This document shows, piece after piece, positions 56,610 through 64,000 of a DNA stretch of 64,000 bases. The DNA is from Amoebidium appalachense (taxonomy: Eukaryota; Protista; Ichthyosporea). The stretch spans positions 558,001 through 622,000 of the forward strand of contig CAVNZM010000015.1 of NCBI GenBank assembly GCA_963693365.1, read 5' to 3'. Made by a program: the position numbers and the translations under genes. The notes beneath the pieces were generated by a model. The model ran no database searches. It saw only the letters and a list, made by a program, of their open reading frames with translations, and was not told the DNA's origin. Numbering within the stretch: the stretch's first letter is position 1; each line of letters begins with the position of its first letter.

Positions 56610-59600
56610 ACAGCCAACACTCATTTTTCTCTAGGAGTCCAAGAGTCTTTCCCGTATAGACCTCTCTACTCACCCTTTCCCCCAGCCTCCTCCTCCTCCC
56701 CCCCCCCCTCCTCCTCCCCCCCAACCCCCTAGGTGCAAGATCTCTCCACCTGCCCCTCTCTACCCATCCTCCCCCCCCCCCCCTCCCCCCCAAAGCCCCC
56801 TCCCACCTATCCTCAGTCCTATCCACCTTACTTGGCACCCCGGCACCCACCCTGCCACTCACACTCAACGTACATACGTGCACTGGCACATAGACAAACG
56901 TACACAACCAACTATATGCACATGCAGTCACATTCGCAATGCACACCGTGAAGCGAAGTTCACCTACCATGACTTCTCACGCAGGCACACACGCTCAGAC
57001 ATATGCATACACGTATAGGCACACACACACGCACGTACAGGCACAAATTGCACACACACACACGGTGGCACACACAAAACACTAAGCAAGACACATCACA
57101 AAGCATTGTGCAGTCACCCATGGCGCACAGAAGCACACGCACGCACACACGCACGCACGCACACAAACACCCAGCGTCCGACTCAGGCACGCACACATAC
57201 ACACACTGCACACGCACACGCACACACGCACACACACACACACACACACAGGCTCACTGACACACACGCCCACACAGTTTGCACAGGCGCACGGGCGCAC
57301 ACTCGCACACGGACGCACTTGGACGCACATTGGCACCCACGCACCCACACAGACACACACACACACGAACGCACACACACACACACCACCTGAAAGTTCA
57401 AACGTACACGTGACTGTACGCACCGTGACTCAGCACACATAACTCAAACTCACTGACACGTGGCAAGACAAACACAAAAACGGCAAACACACGCACTCCG
57501 CGCGCGGACATCGGCTCCAAACTTACGCACACAATCGCACGCAGAGCCTCGCAGGCTCACTGAGTGATAATTCCAGTCTAAACCAAATCCACAAAGAAGA
57601 AGTAAATGTATAGTAAACCCAAAACGACCTCAACCTGACACTTGAAGGTGAAGTGAGAGAGGCATGTGCGAGTCCGTGTCACGCTCAATGCTTCATGATG
57701 TACTCACATTCAATCAAGCAAGTTTTAGCCTTGGAATGTGTCGGCTCAATACCTTTTTATAAAACGTGTATCTGATTGGTAATTAATCATGCACATGTAG
57801 AGTGACATAACTTATAGAACCCACCGCAATCAAGCAATTGAAGCAACACTGAGTAATAAAGCTCAATTGAAAGTAAACGTTTCTACACCAAAAAGTAAAT
57901 CAAAGTGCATCAAAGCTTACAAATGTTTCATCGTAATATAATTGCTTATTTATAAAACAGGTTTTAATTGCTTTGATTAAAAACAGTGCGCTAGTAAATA
58001 TCTTAAAGCTTATAAATTTAGACTTCACTTTTACTTCGATCATAAGCTTAGCTGTCACGTCAACTTTTTTTCCCGATTCTTCACCATGGCAGGTATAAAT
58101 TTGGCTTTCGTTTTTTCTTTTTGTGGTGGGAAGGGGTCCCACTCAGGGGAACGTGACACTGTGTGTGTGTAGTGCGGCCTTGTCTATTCCTACTGTTGTG
58201 AGAGTGTGGGGACATCTCCCTTCCGCGGAGTTTCTCGCTTGAGGAGTGGTTTCTTCGACATCTGGTGGCCCACTGCAACTTACGGTAACTTCTACACGCT
58301 ATCTACGCTTCTACGCGAGTTATTGGCGGTGGGCTGCTGCAACTTCTTCAACTGCTTGTGCGCTGCGTGAGTGGAGGGGTAGCTACTGGGTCGTCGAGGA
58401 TCTTTCCTTGTGGCTGCCGTGTTTTCAGCCTTTGAGCAGTATGGCAATGACTGGGTTTGCTTGCATGCATTCTGTAGTTGTGTTTTCCTGTGTGTCCTGC
58501 CACAACTAGGCCACCTTATCAAAGAGTTAGAGACAGCTTCTGCGGGTTTTCTAGCTATAGGGGACGGGCCCGTGGGGATTGTTTTCTCGCTCGGATTTGG
58601 TCTGCATTTCTATTTAAAGGGCTGACTTGCTTGCTGTGCCCCGGTAGGTTTTGAGGGGGGCCTGTTTGGGGGCCAGCAGTAATGATGTCTTCTTGCGGAG
58701 TGTGGCCTGGTGTCCATCATCGCTGCATATGCCTAGTTGGAGCAAAACTAGTTTCACGCATACACGTGCACTTGTACCTTTGCCCGCTGGTGTCCTTTGG
58801 TCACTTGTTGTTTTATTTTTTATTTCATCGCTGTGGCTCTTTCGAAGTCGGTTATTTTGGTGGTCATGTAGCCTGTGGCTGCACGTTGCCTTCATATCCA
58901 GTGGACCACTGATCAATAAATTCCAGTCAAGCCAAAAAATTTGCCCTTGAGTAACATTTGACCAAGAGTTTAGGAGGATGCAATCACGAGACATCCAACC
59001 ACAAGATGCCAAACAAATAACTCCGCTGGCTAAGGCATGCGGCGGCATTCTTTGCGACTCGCAATCACAATTTTCTTATTACTGTGATACAACTGTTGAG
59101 GTAGTATTTATTCAGTCATTGTCTCTTTAATGTGGAGAGCCTTTTGGTTACAATTCATTATACAGTATCAAGAATAAATGCCTTTAAAAAATTTAAAACA
59201 AATTTTAAAATAATTCAAAGGTTTACCAGTGCCCATGTACTGGCCCACCCCTTATCTGTGCCGCGGCTACAGCAAATATCCAATATATACGTGTAGCAGA
59301 GCGCGAGAAAAACAAAACCGATTCCTGCATTTTTGGTAACCAGGATATGTTTACACGAAACAGGATGCCTCAGCGGATAAAAACACGTGACGCCTTGCCT
59401 GCTAACTTGCTAAGCCTTTGAGTCCACACTTCACACTTGCCTGCTTGCGTACAAAACATCAACTGATGCGTGCCTTTACATCGCCGTATTTGCATTATTC
59501 ATTCTTAGCACTCCATTAACGTCTAAACACACACACTTTCTTAGGCTTTCTAAGTTCTGTTTCTTTGCGCATTTTTCATGGTAGCTTAATAGCCCCAAGG

Positions 59601-60080
59601 ACGCAAACCACGTGCACCACACAAGAAAGAAAACGAAGTGAAACCTGACCCTGTGCCTGTCGGAGAGAATTAGCGCCTTAAACAACGGCACACAGAAAAC
59701 CGTATGAAAAAGACTTGCAGAAATCTGCCAACGTCAAAGGGAGTCACTGTTTTGGTGGCGACGGGAATTATTATTGTCCGACGCTTCACCGTTCAACAAG
59801 GTGTAGAAACGTAGAAACGAGAACCAGACTATTCCTTTTAACGTTAACGTAAAGTGAAGGCTGGGTGTTTAGGTGGCAAAACGAAGAGTTTTCATACACG
59901 CACGAATAGCTGCGCACATTCATCAAGACTACGCTAGACTTGCATACAAGAAAGAAAAAAAAAAAAAAAAAAGATTACAGAAAAACAGGGACACGCCACA
60001 GTCACGCGTTCAAATTCTTTTCACAATTTTAAGAGCTGACATGTAGAAACCTCAGTTTTTTACACTGTCACAAACCAAAA

Positions 60081-60401
60081 ATGCGGCTTATTCGAAAAAT
60101 CCGCGCGTTCTGCTGTGCGTCCAACGACCACTACCCAAACATCGAAGGGTCCCCACACTCTGCCGCCTCCAACGATGAGCACACAACTGTTGCTATCGGA
60201 AAACATACGCCGAAAGACACAAAGGTAAGCCTTGAGGGCAGAGTTCATTGATTTTTGGCACACAGCAGACCAAACAAAAGGAACTAAGTCGTCGAATGCG
60301 CATATGCAAATGGGAATCACAAAGTAGTAAGAATGCCTTAAGCACGAACCAGCGTGTACATGGCATTCGCGCGGGCGCGCACGCACGCACGCACACACAC
60401 A

Positions 60402-60444
<43 letters not shown>

Positions 60445-61184
60445 ATGCACACGTGTGCACGCACACACACGCTGCGTGTACACACGCACACGCACACACA
60501 CAGGAACAGGCACACGCAAACACATAGGCGCGTGCGTACACACACACACACACACGTCAAACATGCACACACATATACTTCACAGACACACACACACACA
60601 CCGTGACATTGTAGAATGTGACACACACAGACACAGATATGTGCAGACAGGTTACATGCATGCACAACAAGCGCGTACATGCGCACTCAAGCAAGGCGCG
60701 CATGCGCACGTGCGCAGACACAACACAGCCAGAGATGGACATGACCCACGGCCGCGGCGCATGCACACACAAACACACACACACAGTGGCACATGCTTAC
60801 TATGGTGCGCACTCACAACGTGACATATGCATACACTCCGTTGCGCACCACGAGCACGTACATGAACCATTGGAGCACGTGCCTGCGTGTGCACGCACAC
60901 AGTGTCACGCGAACACACACACGCACATGCACACGCACACGCAGACACCCACACGCAGGTTCCAAGCGCACACTCTTGTGGCACATTGGCGCACGCAGAT
61001 GCGAACAAACACAGGCATTATTGCACACAATTACATGTACACACCACCTATACTCACAAGGGCATGTGCACTGTCGCGCACACTCAAATGTGCTTGGTGC
61101 TCAACACACACACACACACACAGGCACAGACACACACATGCACACATGCACACATGCCCACATGCATGGCCTTCATGTACACGT

Positions 61185-61277
<93 letters not shown>

Positions 61278-61902
61278 AGCCATTCAGCTTCTTCGCCACT
61301 ACGCCTTTCACACCACACGTCACCTAAACTGACAACACACTTCCCACACAGGCACCTAACAACTTCAGCAAAAGAAAGGGAAAGAATGAACTGGAATGCA
61401 CCAGCAAATGCGAAATCGAGGAATCTCGCATCACAAAGAAGGACGGGGATACAGATTCCGTTTCGATCGACATTGCACCCCCCCAACCCAAAATTCGCAA
61501 AGTGCGGTTTGCGTGGTATGCACCTGAGGGCACGAAAGTTTATCTTTCGGGGTCCTTTGATAAGTTTGAAGGCCGGTTACCAATGAAGCAGGTACATATG
61601 CCTACACCTACCCCCCTCCCTCCCCCCTCCCCCTCGAGATGACTCTAACATGTGTTTCTATGCAAGAAATTTACTAAAGGAATGGCAGGGGTGCAAAATT
61701 GTTGCCTGAGGCATGCTCGGGCTCGTAATGGTTTCTTCTTTTTTCTTCTCCCCCCCCCCCCCCCTTTTTTTTTTCTTTTTATGTGTTTTTTTTTGGACCA
61801 AAGGAAGGGCCCCCTCCACCACCTTCCGCCCCTATACATAAACACAAATGTGTGCGCATGCACATGCAAACACACACATGCGCGTGCACACACACACCAC
61901 CT

Positions 61903-61956
<54 letters not shown>

Positions 61957-62158
61957 AAAAAGCCACACTCAATGGCTAACGTGTTCCCTCCCCAATTAAC
62001 AGAGAGTCGGATCACCCAACCTCTACGAAGCATATGTGAGCCTGCCGGAGGGGAGATACATGTACCGATACCTGTGTGGGGAGGAATGGCAATGCGACAG
62101 GGGGAGGGAGGTGGTGGAAGATGAAAGTGGGTTGGCGTGTAATGTGTTGCAGTTGTAG
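60081..62158 (+). CDS. Small protein with a C-terminal CBM48 / AMPK-beta-type glycogen-binding domain (~179 aa); absent from the ORF track
   Basis: Exons 60081-60224 (GTAAGC donor), 61352-61591 and 62003-62158. Translation includes [31 protein letters not shown]|[32 protein letters not shown]...[10 protein letters not shown]. Exon 1 is less certain, and an extra exon from ~60266 is possible. Confidence 0.8.
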
Positions 62159-62159
62159 C

Positions 62160-62248
<89 letters not shown>

Positions 62249-63071
62249 GACACCACAGCCCAATATGAAGGTTGAATAGGAGGGGGAGAATTGGAGGTGT
62301 GAATCAGATTAATACTTAACAATGAAGTGCTATTGCGAAGCGACACCATAATTTAGTTACAAAGGCTGGCATGCAAGTTGTAATGTCCATTTAATTTTTG
62401 CGCTTGTTTGCTAGCTGGCTGCTCGTTTATTTTCTCCAGAAAACAAACGTATGGTAGTAGGTGATCATCGTTTCCTGGATGAAAGAAGGGAATGGTGTAT
62501 GGTATGTAGTGACCCAAGGGTTGTAAAAGACAACGGGGAACGTGTTATATTGCGTAAAACACTGTTACTTAGGAAGTGTAGGGGGTTTTTTTCTTTCTTT
62601 CCTTTTTTTCTTTTTTTTTTTTTTTTTTTGGGGGGGGGGGGGGATCCTTTCCCTCCGCTGTCACTCTTGCTATTGGGATGTGGTATAACCGAGCCCCATA
62701 ATATTATCCCAAGATTGTAGATTGTATGTCCTTCTAGTGTGTGAGATGCAAAGTATTGGTATATCACAACCTCGTACATGTATGCATATGAATGGACCGT
62801 TTTTTATTTTTCCGAAAGAACCGCAAGCAGGCTGTATAATCGAATGAGTGTATGGATAGTAACATCAGATACATCACCATTAATTTACCGGGGAGCCTGT
62901 GGTTTTCCCATAACAGAATGAATAATATCTCGCAATACAGTTACAAAACATATGCTTGGATGTTGTCAAAATTCGTCCCTGATTCGAGCACCCATGCATG
63001 CCCCCCCTTGAGATTGGGCTCCATTCAAGTGTCTTCTTACCTGCACGTCCCCCCCCCCCCTCCCCCCCCCC

Positions 63072-63121
<50 letters not shown>

Positions 63122-63458
63122 TCTTCCCCTCCGTGGCAACCTAAACCAACAAAACAATCTGTCGTCAGGAAAATAATTCATCGGTTTGCAGAATAATTCT
63201 ATATTTATATTTGCGAACAGTTCTGCTGAAGGCGTAATAATTTTACCTTTTGCAGAGTAATTCTGCCGCTTGCAGAATATTTCATGATCAGCCTCCAACA
63301 AGTTCTATGGTTATGATTCTCAGCGGCTCATGTGGCTGGGCCCTCAGATATGACTACCTTTTTTTATAGTGCATAGATACTGATATATGTAGTCGATAAA
63401 GATACCTCATTGCTGCCGCGGGGCCGCCAGTGCCACCTGCCCATGCACAGAGAGCCTT

Positions 63459-63627
<169 letters not shown>

Positions 63628-64000
63628 GGGCTCGCACGTGCACACCACCACCACCAAAGGGTCACTGATAGATCAGCAGAACTTGCTCCCGGTAGTATTA
63701 TCCTTAATATGAAACACAGAAACATCCAAAAAGGCAGAAATATCCTGTTCTGAAAAGAATCATTCCTAAGTTGAGCAGAACACAAATGAGCTGGGGTAGC
63801 TCTGCCGACGAGCAAATTTTTCTGCTTTTTGCAGAATAACTTTGTAAAGTGCAAATTCTTCTGGGGTTTTTCAGAATAACTCGCGATCGACTGGAGGCAA
63901 GAGAATTATTCTGCTTTGCTGAAATATTCCACTAACTTAGCAAGTTAATTGCTATCTGCTGATGTGGTTGGGCCATCCCAATTGCAACGGTAACGCCCAC

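Overview
Eukaryotic (probably protist) genomic DNA. It is dominated by poly-C/poly-G, (CA)n/(TG)n and (GA)n tracts, so almost all ORFs in the supplied track are low-complexity artefacts. Manual GT-AG splicing with phase checks recovers eight loci: a class II (plant PRS4-like) PRPP synthetase (5' end outside the window), a single C2H2-finger protein, a frameshifted GRDP-like/ubiquitin-like fusion, a hormone-sensitive lipase, nuclear-encoded mitochondrial uS8, an orphan ~690-aa multipass membrane protein, an intronless bacterial-type SAM methyltransferase and a small CBM48 protein. The most striking signal is a dispersed ~270-bp element (about 12 full or partial copies) that ends in poly-C and lies sense to the host gene in every intronic copy. 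Its structured part contains all three hammerhead ribozyme core segments (GUU, GAAA, CUGANGA) with covarying stems I, II and III. The segments occur in a non-cyclic order that fits none of hammerhead types I, II or III, implying a pseudoknotted or dimeric hammerhead. Family calls come from remembered motifs and hand alignment; no database search or folding program was run.
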